Source: Longimicrobiales bacterium
GTDB lineage: Bacteria > Gemmatimonadota > Gemmatimonadetes > Longimicrobiales > Gaopeijiaceae
DNA: 64,000 nucleotides
Direction of reading: 5' to 3'
Assembly: GCA_965204735.1 (NCBI GenBank)
Contig: OZ242008.1
Coordinates: 544,001 to 608,000 of the forward strand
How positions within the stretch are numbered: the stretch's first letter is position 1; each line of letters starts with the position of its first letter. The position numbers were made by a program, and so were the translations under genes. The notes below the pieces were generated by a model that made no database searches, had not been told where the DNA came from, and saw only the letters and a list, made by a program, of their open reading frames with translations. This document shows, one piece after another, positions 17,881-27,288 of the stretch.

Positions 17881-20085
17881 GTGTCGGGGCGCGCCCTGCG
17901 GGTCTTGGAGTTCGACACGGTCCTGGAGCACGTCGCCGGCTTCGCCGCCACCGATGCCGGAAGGGAGGCGGTGCGCAGACTGGCGCCGGCCGCCGACCCG
18001 GAAGTCGTTCGCGCCCGCTTGGCCGCCACCGCCGAGGTCGTCCGCTTTCTGGCGGCGCGTCCCGACTGGTTCTTTCCCGACCTCCCCGACCCCGCCCCGG
18101 CGCTGGAGCGGCTGGCGGTGGAAGGATCGGTTCTCGATCCGGGCGAGCTCCACCGCTTGGCCGCGCTCCTGGCCGCCGCACGGTCGCTGGCCCGCTCCTT
18201 GGCCGCCGAGCCCCGGGACCAGGCCCCCGCCCTGGACGCCCTGGCGGCCGGATTGGCGGAGGAACCGGCCCTGCAAGCCTCTCTGGACCGCGCCGTGGAC
18301 CGGGAGGGCAGGGTTCTGGACACCGCCAGCCGGGAGCTGGGGCGCATCCGCGGCAGCCTGGCCGGCGCCCACAACCGGCTCGTGGCCCATCTGGAGGCGG
18401 TGCTGGAGGGAGTGAGCGAAGCTCATCGGGTCCCCAGCGCCTCGGTCACGATTCGGGAAGGACGCTACGTGATCCCGATCCGGCGGGAAGGGAAGCGCGC
18501 CCTGGGCGGCTGCGTGCACGACGAATCGGCGACCGGCGCCACCGTGTTCGTCGAGCCGCCGTCGGCCGTCGCGATGATGAACCGGATCCGCGAGCTGCGG
18601 CGCGCCGAGGGCCGGGAGGTCCAGCGCGTCCTGCGGGAGCTCACCCGGCAGTGCCGAGCTGTTGCGCAGCCCATGACCGGCTCCTTCGACGCCCTCGTGG
18701 AGATGGACCGGCGCGTCGCCTTGGCCCGCGCTGCCCGGGACTGGGACGGCGCCGTCCCCGAGGTGGCCGAGTGGCCGACGAAGGGGCGCCCCCGCAAGCC
18801 GTCCCCGACCTTGTCCGGAGCCCCGCCTCCAGGTCGGTTCCCCGCGCACTCTCCCGACTCGGTCGAGCCCCCGCCTCCAGGTCGCCCCCAGCCGCTGCTG
18901 TCGATCCGAGGCGGCCGTCACCCGCTCCTGGTCGCCGCGGGCGCGGCCCCGGTGCCGTTCGACATGGCGCTGAACCCGGACGAGGGGGTCGTGGTGGTGA
19001 CGGGTCCCAACGCCGGCGGCAAGACCGTCTTCCTCAAGTCCGTGGGGTTGGCGTCGGTCCTGGCCCAGTCGGGGGCGATCCCGCCGGTGGCGCCCGGCAC
19101 CCGCCTTCCCGTCTTCGACTCCTTCTTCGCCGACGTGGGCGACCAGCAGTCCATCGCAGACAGCCTCTCCACCTTCTCCGCCCACCTGCGGAACCTCAAG
19201 GAGACGCTGGAAGGCGCAGGCCCCCGGTCCCTCGTGCTGGTGGACGAGCCCGGCACCGGCACGGATCCGAAGGAGGGCGAAGCGCTGGGCCGAGCTCTGG
19301 TCGAGACCCTGGCCGAACTCGGGTGCACCGCCGTGGTCACCTCCCACATGGGCGCCCTCAAGCAGCTGGCGGCTCCCGGCAACCGGATCGTAAACGCATC
19401 GCTGGAGTTCGACCCGGATCGGCTGATGCCCACCTACCGCTTCGCCAAGGGCAGGCCGGGACGCAGCTACGGCCTCTCCATCGCCCGGGGGATGGGGTTC
19501 CCCGCGCCCGTCCTGGACCGCGCCGAGCGCTACCGGGACCAGGCCGAGGCCCGCTTGGACGACCTCCTGGCCAGCTTGGAGGAGAAGGAGCGCCGGGCCG
19601 CCCGGCTGGCGGGCGACGCCGAGCGCGATCGGGCACGGTCCTCCGCGCTTCGAACCGATCTGGAAGCCGAGGCGGCCAAGCTCCGGGAGCGGGAGCGGGC
19701 CCACGCGAAGAGCTCCCGGGCAGAGGCCCGGAAGATGCTGCTGGAAGCCCGCAGGGAGGTGGAAGAGGCCATCGCCGAGATGGAGGCGCAGCTTCGGGAA
19801 GGAGCGCGCTTGAAGGAGGCGGCCCGGAACGCCCGGCGGAGGGTCGAGGAGGCGGCCCGGACGCTGGACGCCTCCCAGGACCGGGAGCCGGGGCGGCGCC
19901 GCCGACCTGAGGACGCCCCCGGCTTCCCCGACGCCGCCTTGTTGGCGCCGGGGGCCCAGGTCCGCTTCGCCGGTTCGGGCGCCACCGGCGTCCTCGTGGC
20001 CGTCGAGAACGGGCGGGCCGTGGTCGAAGTCGGCGGGGTCCGAATGAGAGTCGCCTCCCGGCTCCTGTCGGCGGTCCCGAGATGA
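17881..20085 (+). CDS. mutS2: MutS2-family ATPase ending in a KOW-like domain, no Smr domain
   Basis: ALRVLEF, GRYVIP, HDESATGATVFVEP, TGPNAGGKT, SLSTFSAH, DEPGTGTDPKEG, GRSYGLSIA. Confidence 0.9.
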   Translation: MSGRALRVLEFDTVLEHVAGFAATDAGREAVRRLAPAADPEVVRARLAATAEVVRFLAARPDWFFPDLPDPAPALERLAVEGSVLDPGELHRLAALLAAARSLARSLAAEPRDQAPALDALAAGLAEEPALQASLDRAVDREGRVLDTASRELGRIRGSLAGAHNRLVAHLEAVLEGVSEAHRVPSASVTIREGRYVIPIRREGKRALGGCVHDESATGATVFVEPPSAVAMMNRIRELRRAEGREVQRVLRELTRQCRAVAQPMTGSFDALVEMDRRVALARAARDWDGAVPEVAEWPTKGRPRKPSPTLSGAPPPGRFPAHSPDSVEPPPPGRPQPLLSIRGGRHPLLVAAGAAPVPFDMALNPDEGVVVVTGPNAGGKTVFLKSVGLASVLAQSGAIPPVAPGTRLPVFDSFFADVGDQQSIADSLSTFSAHLRNLKETLEGAGPRSLVLVDEPGTGTDPKEGEALGRALVETLAELGCTAVVTSHMGALKQLAAPGNRIVNASLEFDPDRLMPTYRFAKGRPGRSYGLSIARGMGFPAPVLDRAERYRDQAEARLDDLLASLEEKERRAARLAGDAERDRARSSALRTDLEAEAAKLRERERAHAKSSRAEARKMLLEARREVEEAIAEMEAQLREGARLKEAARNARRRVEEAARTLDASQDREPGRRRRPEDAPGFPDAALLAPGAQVRFAGSGATGVLVAVENGRAVVEVGGVRMRVASRLLSAVPR

Positions 20086-21881
20086 TCCGCGACGAGGTGG
20101 TCGAGGAGGTCCGGGCCCGAGCGGACATCGTCGGGATCATCGGCGAGTTCGTGCAGCTCAAGAAGTCGGGAAAGGAGTTCAAGGGGCTCAGCCCCTTCAA
20201 GAACGAGCGCACGCCGTCGTTCTGCGTAGTCCCGTCGAAGGGGTTCTTCAAGGACTTTTCGTCCGGCGAGTCGGGAGACGTCTTCCACTTCCTCATGAAG
20301 CACCAGGGAATGAGCTTCGTCGAGGCCGTCAAGTACGTGGGCGCCCGAAGCGGCGTGGAAGTGCGCGAGACGCGCAACTGGGGCGCCGACGACGACCCGT
20401 GGCGTCCGTACCGGGAGGTCGTGGCCTACGCCAACGCCTTCTTCCAGGAGCGTCTGTGGGAGTGGGAGGGCGGCGCGGGCGCCCGCGAGTACTTGGAGCG
20501 ACGGGGCATCGAGCGGGAGACGGCCGAAGAGTTCGGCCTGGGATACGCGCCCGACGAGTGGCGAGCCTTCTGCGCCGCGGCGACGGTCCACGGCTTCGAC
20601 GAAGGCATGATGGTCGAGAGCGGGCTCATCAAGCAGAGCGAAAAGAACGACGAGCCCTACGACGCGTTTCGCGACCGAATCACCTTTCCCATCGAATCGG
20701 AGAGCGGGCGGGTCCTGGGCTTCGGCGGACGGCTCCTCGGCCCCCACGGCAAGGGGTTGCCCAAGTACCTCAACTCGCCCGAGAGCCCTCTCTTCCGCAA
20801 GGGCGAGGTCCTTTACGGAATGAGCCGCGCCAAGAACCACGTCCGGCGGGAAGGCGTGCTCCTGCTGGTGGAGGGCTACATGGACGTGGTGTCCCTCGCG
20901 TCGGCAGGGATCCGCAACGCCGTCGCCCCCTTGGGAACCGCGTTCACGGAGCAGCAGGCCGACATCGCCGCTCGCTACTCCAAGGAAGTTCGGCTGATCT
21001 TCGACAGCGACTCCGCCGGCCTGCGCGCCACCTTCAGGGCCGCCGACGTCCTGCTGAGCCGGGGGCTGCACCCGTCGGTGGCGACGCTCCCCGACGGCGA
21101 GGACCCGGACTCGGTGGCGCGCTCCGGGGGCGCCGAGGCGATGCGCGAGTTCCTGCGCCAAGCGGTCGACGTGCTGGAGCGCAAGATCGGCATCTTGGAG
21201 GAGCGGGAGTGGTTCTCGTCGATCGAGAGGACCCGAAGTGCGCTGGACCGCCTGCTGCCCACTCTTCGGGCGGCAAAGGACCCCCAGCTGCGGGACCTGT
21301 ACTTGGCCCGGGTGGCGGAGCGCACGGACGTTCGCCGGGAGACGCTGGAAGCCGAGCTCCGGAAGTCGCCGGCGGCCGCGACCCGCCACCGTCCGCAAGC
21401 GCGGGCGCGTCGTCCCGCACCGAAGGTCCACGGACGGGGGCCGGAACGGATGCTCCTCCTCCTCCTCCTCCACGATCGGCGCTGGGTGGAGCCCGCGTCC
21501 GAAAGAATCGGCCCGGCGGACTTGGAGGATCGCACCTGCCGTGCCATCTTCGAGATGCTGTTGGACGATCCAGAGTTGCGCTCGCCGCCCGAGGAGGCCG
21601 ATCCGGCCGTCGTTCGGCGCTTCGAGGAGCTGATGACCGACGAAGAAGCCAGGGAGCCGGCGACCCGACTTTTCGAGGATGCGATCTCCAAGATCCTGGT
21701 CGCCGGGCTGGACCGTCGACTGGACGCACTCGACCACGAGATCGGGGCCGCCCGGGACGAGGCGCGGAAGCACGAGCTGGTTGGGGAGAAGACGCGACTG
21801 ACGAGGGAAAAGCGGGACCTGGGCGTTGACTGGCGCAAGGCGGCCGCCGTCCGAACGGCCGTCCGGGGCGCGCCATCGTGA
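20082..21881 (+). CDS. dnaG: DNA primase
   Basis: GLSPFKNERTPSF N-terminal domain, FRDRITFPI, GFGGR, KYLNSPE, VEGYMD, FDSDSAG, DPD. Confidence 0.96.
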   Translation: MIRDEVVEEVRARADIVGIIGEFVQLKKSGKEFKGLSPFKNERTPSFCVVPSKGFFKDFSSGESGDVFHFLMKHQGMSFVEAVKYVGARSGVEVRETRNWGADDDPWRPYREVVAYANAFFQERLWEWEGGAGAREYLERRGIERETAEEFGLGYAPDEWRAFCAAATVHGFDEGMMVESGLIKQSEKNDEPYDAFRDRITFPIESESGRVLGFGGRLLGPHGKGLPKYLNSPESPLFRKGEVLYGMSRAKNHVRREGVLLLVEGYMDVVSLASAGIRNAVAPLGTAFTEQQADIAARYSKEVRLIFDSDSAGLRATFRAADVLLSRGLHPSVATLPDGEDPDSVARSGGAEAMREFLRQAVDVLERKIGILEEREWFSSIERTRSALDRLLPTLRAAKDPQLRDLYLARVAERTDVRRETLEAELRKSPAAATRHRPQARARRPAPKVHGRGPERMLLLLLLHDRRWVEPASERIGPADLEDRTCRAIFEMLLDDPELRSPPEEADPAVVRRFEELMTDEEAREPATRLFEDAISKILVAGLDRRLDALDHEIGAARDEARKHELVGEKTRLTREKRDLGVDWRKAAAVRTAVRGAPS

Positions 21882-21909
21882 CCACCTTGAACAAGGGAGG
21901 ACGGACATA

Positions 21910-22662
21910 GTGACGGCGGACGCCGATCCGACATCGAGCCGGTTGCGGGAGTTGCAGTCCCTCGACAACCGGATCCGCCGGACGCGCGAACGGATCGCCT
22001 CGTTCGACCCTTTGCTCGAGGAGGTCGAGGAGTCGGCGGAAGGACTGGCGGCGGCGGCCGGCGCCACGGCCGAGCGGGTCAAGGAGCTTCATCTGGAGGA
22101 ACGGCGGCTCCGGCTGGCTGCCGAGGAGAAGCGGGCCAGGATCAAGAAGCTGGAGGACCGCCTCGACAACGTTCGGACCGTTCGAGAGGAAGCGGCGGTA
22201 CAGACGGAGCTGGGGATGGTTCGGCGGGCGGCGGACGAGGAGGAGCAGGACGTGATCAACCTGCTGGACCAGATCGGCCGCTTCGAGGAGCGGGTGGACG
22301 CCCAGCAGTCGGCCTCGGAGGAAGCGCGGGCCGCCGTCGAGCCGCGCAAGCGGGAGCTCCTGGCCGAGCGGGCGGCGGCCCAGGCCGAGCTTGACGACCT
22401 GACCCGCCGGCGCGAAGAGGTCGCCTCCGCCGTCGATTCCCGTTTCCGCCACGTGTACGAGAACTTGGCGCGCGGCGGCAGGCGGCAAGCGCTCGCGCCG
22501 ATGACCGAAGACGGAGCTTGCGGCGCGTGCTTCTCCGTGATCCCGCTTCAGCTCCAGAACGAGATCCGCACGACGGCGCCTTTGGTCCTGTGCGAAGCCT
22601 GCGGGATCATCGTGACCGCGCCGGAGTCCGCCGAGGAAGAGCTGGACGCCCAATCGGCATGA
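21910..22662 (+). CDS. Coiled-coil protein with C4 Zn ribbon (DUF164/CT398-like)
   Basis: LRELQSLD coiled coil, CGAC...CEACG. GGAGG upstream of GTG 21910. Confidence 0.85.
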   Translation: MTADADPTSSRLRELQSLDNRIRRTRERIASFDPLLEEVEESAEGLAAAAGATAERVKELHLEERRLRLAAEEKRARIKKLEDRLDNVRTVREEAAVQTELGMVRRAADEEEQDVINLLDQIGRFEERVDAQQSASEEARAAVEPRKRELLAERAAAQAELDDLTRRREEVASAVDSRFRHVYENLARGGRRQALAPMTEDGACGACFSVIPLQLQNEIRTTAPLVLCEACGIIVTAPESAEEELDAQSA

Positions 22663-24392
22663 CGCCGGGGCCCAGGCCCCGCTGGCGCCTCCGTCCGCCG
22701 CCGTCGCCTGCGGCAGTTCGCGAGCTGGGGCGCGCTCTGAACCTCTCTCCGGCCTTCTGCCGCCTTCTGGCTGCCCGCAAGCACGACACGCCCGACGGCG
22801 CCAAGTCCTTCCTTCGACCCCTCCTGGCGGAGCTCCACGACCCCGCCGGCCTCCTCGGCGCGGAGGCGGCGGCCCGGCGGCTGGCCCGGGCGGCGCGGAA
22901 CCGGGAGCGAGTGCTGGTTCACGGCGACTACGACGTGGACGGGATCGCCGGGGCGGCCCTCTTGGTCGAGTGGCTCCGCGCTCTCGGGGCCCGCGCGGAA
23001 GCTTTCGTGCCCCACCGGCGCGACGGCTACGACCTGGGCCAGTCGGGAGTGGCTCGGGGCGTGGAGCGGGGCGCGACCGTGCTCGTCACCGTGGATTGCG
23101 GGACCACCGCGACGAGGTGGGTGCGCAGCGCCGGCGAAGCGGGGATGGACGTGATCGTGACCGACCACCACCGTCCCGCCCCGGAGCTGCCGCCTGCGCT
23201 GGCGCTGGTCAACCCTGTCCAGCCCGGATGCGGCTACGCCAACAAGGACCTGTGCGGCGCCGGCGTCGCCTTCAAGGTCGGCCAGCTGACGGCGCGGATG
23301 CTGGGAAGACCGGAAGACGAGGCGTGGGAGCGGCTGGACCTGGTCGCCCTGGCCACGGTCGCCGACCAAGTGCGCCTTTCGGGCGAGAATCGGATCCTGG
23401 TCCGCTACGGCCTCAAGGCGGCGTCTCGCGTGGCGGTCCCGGCGGCCCGACCCGGCTTGGCGGCCTTGGCGGCTCGGTCCAGGGCGACGTCCAACGGCCG
23501 GCCCCTGGATTCGGGCGCCGTGGCGTTCCGCTTGGCGCCCCGGATCAACGCGGCCGGGCGGATGGGCGATCCGCTGGAGGCGCTGCGCCTCTTGCTGACC
23601 CGCGACCCGGTCGAGGCCGAGGCGCTGGCCGACAGTCTGGAAGCGGCCAACGAGGAACGCCGGCGAACCGAGCGCCGCATCGTGGAGGAAGCCCTGGAGG
23701 CCCTGCGCGGGTCCTACGACCCGATCCGAGACCGGGCAGTGGTCGTGGCCGGGGACGGGTGGCACCCCGGCGTGGTCGGGATCGTGGCGTCGCGCATCGC
23801 CGAGCAGCTCCACCGGCCGGCCGTAGTGGTCGCCCTCGAGCAAGAGCGCGGCCGGGGAAGCGCTCGCTCGATCCCCGCGTTCGACGTCCACGACGCCCTC
23901 GTCGAGTGCCGCGAGCATCTCGAGCGCTTCGGCGGCCATCGGCAGGCGGCGGGCATGGACGTCCGACGAGAGAAGGTGGAGGCGTTCCGCGAGGCGTTCC
24001 TGGCGGCTGCCCGGGAGCGTCTCGGCGAGGAAGAGCCCCGGCCCGTGCTCACCGCCGACATGGAGGTCGGCCTGGACGAGCTGGACGCCGACTTCCGACG
24101 GTTTCTGCGCTACTTCGGTCCCCACGGGCGCGGCAATCCGAGACCGCTCTTCGTCGCCCGGCGCGTGCGAACGGACGGACCTGCGAAGGCGACGAAGGGA
24201 GGCCACTTGCGGTTTCGGATGGTGCAGGGCCGGTCGGGGCTCCCCGCCTTCGGTCCACGGCTGGCGGAGAGGTTGTCGGCCGAGAGCCTTTCCGCCCGCC
24301 CGGTGGACGTGGCGTTCAGCTTGACAGAAAACACTTATGGGGGCCATGTGACGATGGAGGCCAAGGTTCGGGACGTTCGCCCGAGCCGGTGA
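22659..24392 (+). CDS. recJ: ssDNA exonuclease RecJ
   Basis: HGDYDVDG, TVDCG, TDHH, APRINAAGR, GSARS, GGHRQAAG. ATGA overlap with the upstream gene. Confidence 0.95.
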   Translation: MTPGPRPRWRLRPPPSPAAVRELGRALNLSPAFCRLLAARKHDTPDGAKSFLRPLLAELHDPAGLLGAEAAARRLARAARNRERVLVHGDYDVDGIAGAALLVEWLRALGARAEAFVPHRRDGYDLGQSGVARGVERGATVLVTVDCGTTATRWVRSAGEAGMDVIVTDHHRPAPELPPALALVNPVQPGCGYANKDLCGAGVAFKVGQLTARMLGRPEDEAWERLDLVALATVADQVRLSGENRILVRYGLKAASRVAVPAARPGLAALAARSRATSNGRPLDSGAVAFRLAPRINAAGRMGDPLEALRLLLTRDPVEAEALADSLEAANEERRRTERRIVEEALEALRGSYDPIRDRAVVVAGDGWHPGVVGIVASRIAEQLHRPAVVVALEQERGRGSARSIPAFDVHDALVECREHLERFGGHRQAAGMDVRREKVEAFREAFLAAARERLGEEEPRPVLTADMEVGLDELDADFRRFLRYFGPHGRGNPRPLFVARRVRTDGPAKATKGGHLRFRMVQGRSGLPAFGPRLAERLSAESLSARPVDVAFSLTENTYGGHVTMEAKVRDVRPSR

Positions 24393-24464
24393 CCCGGCCA
24401 TGTCGGGACGCCGGGCGGCCTTCGGACTCTGCACGCCGGACCCCCCGGAGGAGGGCGGGCTGCC

Positions 24465-24998
24465 ATGCGGATCATCGGCGGAGAGTGGAAGGGCCGAAGG
24501 TTGGAGCCGGTCCGCAGCCGGGGCGTGCGGCCCACGGCGGACCGGGTGCGAGAGGCTTGGATGTCGATCCTCCAGGCGCGGCTTCCGGGCGCGTCGGTGC
24601 TGGACCTCTTCGCCGGGTCGGGCGCCGTGGGCCTGGAGGCGCTGAGCCGGGGCGCGGCCCACGTCGTGTTCGTGGAGCGGAACCAGCGCGCGGCGCGGGC
24701 GCTCAAGCGGAACGTCCAGCGGCTGAGGGCGTCCGGGTCGTGCACCGTCGTCGTCGCCGACGCCCTGACCTACGCCCAAGGGCTGTCGCCCCTCTCCTGC
24801 GACTTGGCCCTGGCCGACCCGCCCTACGGCCGCGGCTTGGCCGGCCGGCTCCTTTCCGCCTACCTCCGTCTCCCCTTTGCGAGGGAGCTCTGGGTGGAGC
24901 ACCGCCGCGGCGAATCCCTGCCTCGGGCGACGGAAGCGGTGCAGAGGCGCTACGGCGACACGGTGCTGACAGGCGTGACGGCGGGAGGTCCGGCGTGA
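24465..24998 (+). CDS. rsmD: 16S rRNA m2G966 methyltransferase
   Basis: MRIIGGEWKGR, RPTADRVRE, LDLFAGSG, EALSRGA, DPPY. Confidence 0.93.
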   Translation: MRIIGGEWKGRRLEPVRSRGVRPTADRVREAWMSILQARLPGASVLDLFAGSGAVGLEALSRGAAHVVFVERNQRAARALKRNVQRLRASGSCTVVVADALTYAQGLSPLSCDLALADPPYGRGLAGRLLSAYLRLPFARELWVEHRRGESLPRATEAVQRRYGDTVLTGVTAGGPA

Positions 24999-25522
24999 AC
25001 GGCCACCGGCCCATCGTGGCCGTCTACCCGGGCTCCTTCGACCCGATCACCACCGGCCACGAGGACGTGGCGCGCCGCACGCTCCGCTTCTGCGACCGAC
25101 TTCTGATCGCCGTCGCCGAGTCCCCCACTCACCTAAAGCGTCCCTTCTTCTCGGTGGCCGAGCGGCTGGAGATGACGGAACAGGTCTTCGCCGGCGAGCC
25201 CCGCGTGGAGTGCGTCTCGTTCTCCGGCCTCCTCGTGTCGTTCGCGAAGGGCGTGGGGGCTCGCTTCATCATCCGGGGGCTCCGGGCCGTCTCCGACTTC
25301 GAGTACGAGTTCCAGATGGCCCAGATGAACCAGGAGCTCTGGCAGGACGTGGAGACGATCTTCCTCACCCCCGACGTGGAGCACGCCTTCATCTCCGCCA
25401 CTCTGGTGCGGCAGGTCGCCTCCCTGGGGGGCGACGTGAGCCGCTTCGTCTCCCCTCCGGTACTGGAGCGGCTGAGGGCGCGCTTCGCCTCTTGCGACGG
25501 CGGGCGCCCCCGGCGCGGGTGA
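24995..25522 (+). CDS. coaD: Pantetheine-phosphate adenylyltransferase
   Basis: YPGSFDPITTGH, RGLRAVSDFEYE. Confidence 0.95.
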   Translation: MNGHRPIVAVYPGSFDPITTGHEDVARRTLRFCDRLLIAVAESPTHLKRPFFSVAERLEMTEQVFAGEPRVECVSFSGLLVSFAKGVGARFIIRGLRAVSDFEYEFQMAQMNQELWQDVETIFLTPDVEHAFISATLVRQVASLGGDVSRFVSPPVLERLRARFASCDGGRPRRG

Positions 25523-26358
25523 CCTTCACCGAGCGCCTGGCCGAGCGGGCTCGCCGGCTGGGAGGCCGCACCGTGGCGCTGCCGGAAGCCCAGGACCCCC
25601 GGGTCCGCGAGGCCGCCGCCCTGCTGTCCCGCCGAGCCATTGCCGCGCCCGTTCTGGGAGACTCCCTCGACGACGCCGTGGCGATGCTTCGGGACGGGCA
25701 AGTGGACGCCGTCGTGGCGGGGGCCGTCCACACCACCGCCGAGGTCGCGCGGGCGGGGCTGAAGGTGGTCGGGCTGAGGGCTGGCGCGCGCACGTTGTCG
25801 TCGTCGTTCTTCATGGAAGTGCGGGAGTTCCGGAACGGACGACCCGAGGCGCTGACCTTCGCGGACCCGGCCGTGGTGCCGTCGCCGGGGCCGGCTCGAT
25901 TGGCGGAGATCGCGGAAGAATCGGTCCGCACCCGCCGGCTGGTGGTGGGCGACGAGCCCCGAGTCGCGTTTCTGTCCTACTCGACGCTGGGCAGCGCCGC
26001 CGGCCCCTCGGTGGAGAAGGTGCGCGAAGGCCTGCGTCTCTTCCGGCAGGCTTGCCCGGAAGTGGCCGTCGACGGGGAGCTTCAAGCCGACGCCGCCCTA
26101 ATCCCGGAGGTCGGACATGCGAAGGCGCCGGGCTCGCCGGTGGCCGGTCGCGCCAACGTGCTGGTCTTCCCCGACCTGGACGCCGCCAACATCGCCTACA
26201 AGCTGGTGGAGCGGCTGGCGGGCGCCAGGGCGCTGGGTCCCGTCCTCCAGGGGCTGTCGGCCCCTCTCCTGGACGTTTCCCGAGGAGCGTCGGCGGAGGA
26301 CATAGCCCATGTCGCAGCGATCGCGGCGCTCCTCTCCCGCGCTCCGACGACCGGCTAG
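25519..26358 (+). CDS. pta: Phosphate acetyl/acyltransferase (shortened)
   Basis: LPEAQDPRV, PRVAFLSYSTLGS, DGELQADAA, ANVLVFPDLDAANIAYK, DVSRG. Confidence 0.85.
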   Translation: MTFTERLAERARRLGGRTVALPEAQDPRVREAAALLSRRAIAAPVLGDSLDDAVAMLRDGQVDAVVAGAVHTTAEVARAGLKVVGLRAGARTLSSSFFMEVREFRNGRPEALTFADPAVVPSPGPARLAEIAEESVRTRRLVVGDEPRVAFLSYSTLGSAAGPSVEKVREGLRLFRQACPEVAVDGELQADAALIPEVGHAKAPGSPVAGRANVLVFPDLDAANIAYKLVERLAGARALGPVLQGLSAPLLDVSRGASAEDIAHVAAIAALLSRAPTTG

Positions 26359-26376
26359 GCCAAGCGCGGGCGGGAG

Positions 26377-26406
26377 TTGATCGGCGCCCGCCGGCGGAGG
26401 TAACTT
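26377..26406 (+). promoter_or_regulatory. Putative sigma70-type promoter for the STAS/anti-sigma genes
   Basis: TTGATC-N18-TAACTT in the intergenic gap. Confidence 0.35.
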
Positions 26407-26453
26407 CGTTCGCTCCAACCGGAGCCACCCCGCAACTCTCTCACGGCAGGAAG

Positions 26454-26786
26454 ATGTCCTTCAGCGTGCGCAGCGTCGGCGACGCAACGGTCGTCCAAGT
26501 CGACGGGCAGCTCATCGTCGGGAACCGCCAGGACTTGAAGGACAAGGTCTTGGCCCGGCTGGAGGAGGGCGCCCGGAACTTCGTGATCGACTTCGCCCGA
26601 ACCGGCTACATCGACTCGTCGGGCCTGGGGGTTCTCGTCAGCGTGTCGAAGAAGATTCGCGAGGCGGGCGGCGAGCTGCGGCTGGCCTGCCTCAGCGACG
26701 ACCTTCAGACCCTCTTCGAGCTCACCAAGCTCGACACCCTCTTCCAGATTTGCGACGACCTGGAGGAGGCTCTCGCGGGCTTCTGA
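26454..26786 (+). CDS. Anti-sigma-factor antagonist (STAS, RsbV/SpoIIAA-like)
   Basis: YIDSSGLGVLV phosphoserine motif. Confidence 0.92.
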   Translation: MSFSVRSVGDATVVQVDGQLIVGNRQDLKDKVLARLEEGARNFVIDFARTGYIDSSGLGVLVSVSKKIREAGGELRLACLSDDLQTLFELTKLDTLFQICDDLEEALAGF

Positions 26787-26805
26787 AGCCCGGGGCCGCG
26801 TCGCC

Positions 26806-27264
26806 TTGTCCCCCGCCCAGGGCGCTTCGTCGGCATCCACTTTCCACGAGCCGCCCGCGGCGGCCCTCGAGTTCGTCAACGAGATCGGCGCGATCGAAGA
26901 CGCCGTGGAGCAGATCGTCCGCAGGTGCGCTCCCGTCTGCTCCGACCGCCGCAGGCTCTACTTCAACTTCCGCGTGGGGCTGACGGAGGCGATCGCCAAC
27001 GCGATCCTCTACGGCAACGGGCAGGATCCCGCCAAGAAGGTGCGCGTGGAGCTGCGCTTCGACGACGCGGGCATCCGCGTTCAGGTGACCGACGAGGGCA
27101 GGGGCTTCAACCCCGCCGCAGTCCCCGACCCGACCTTGCCCGAGAACGTCGCCAAGCCCCAGGGCAGGGGCATCTTCCTCATGCGCGCGCTGATGGACGA
27201 AGTGCGCTTCAACAAGTCGGGCAACTCGGTGACGCTCCTCCTGCGACTGGCCGAAGAGGCCTAA
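26806..27264 (+). CDS. Anti-sigma factor/serine kinase (RsbW-like)
   Basis: EAIANAILYGN, VTDEGRGF, GRGIFLMRALMDEV. Confidence 0.9.
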   Translation: MSPAQGASSASTFHEPPAAALEFVNEIGAIEDAVEQIVRRCAPVCSDRRRLYFNFRVGLTEAIANAILYGNGQDPAKKVRVELRFDDAGIRVQVTDEGRGFNPAAVPDPTLPENVAKPQGRGIFLMRALMDEVRFNKSGNSVTLLLRLAEEA

Positions 27265-27288
27265 GAGGAAGGCGGCTCGCTCCGTCCC

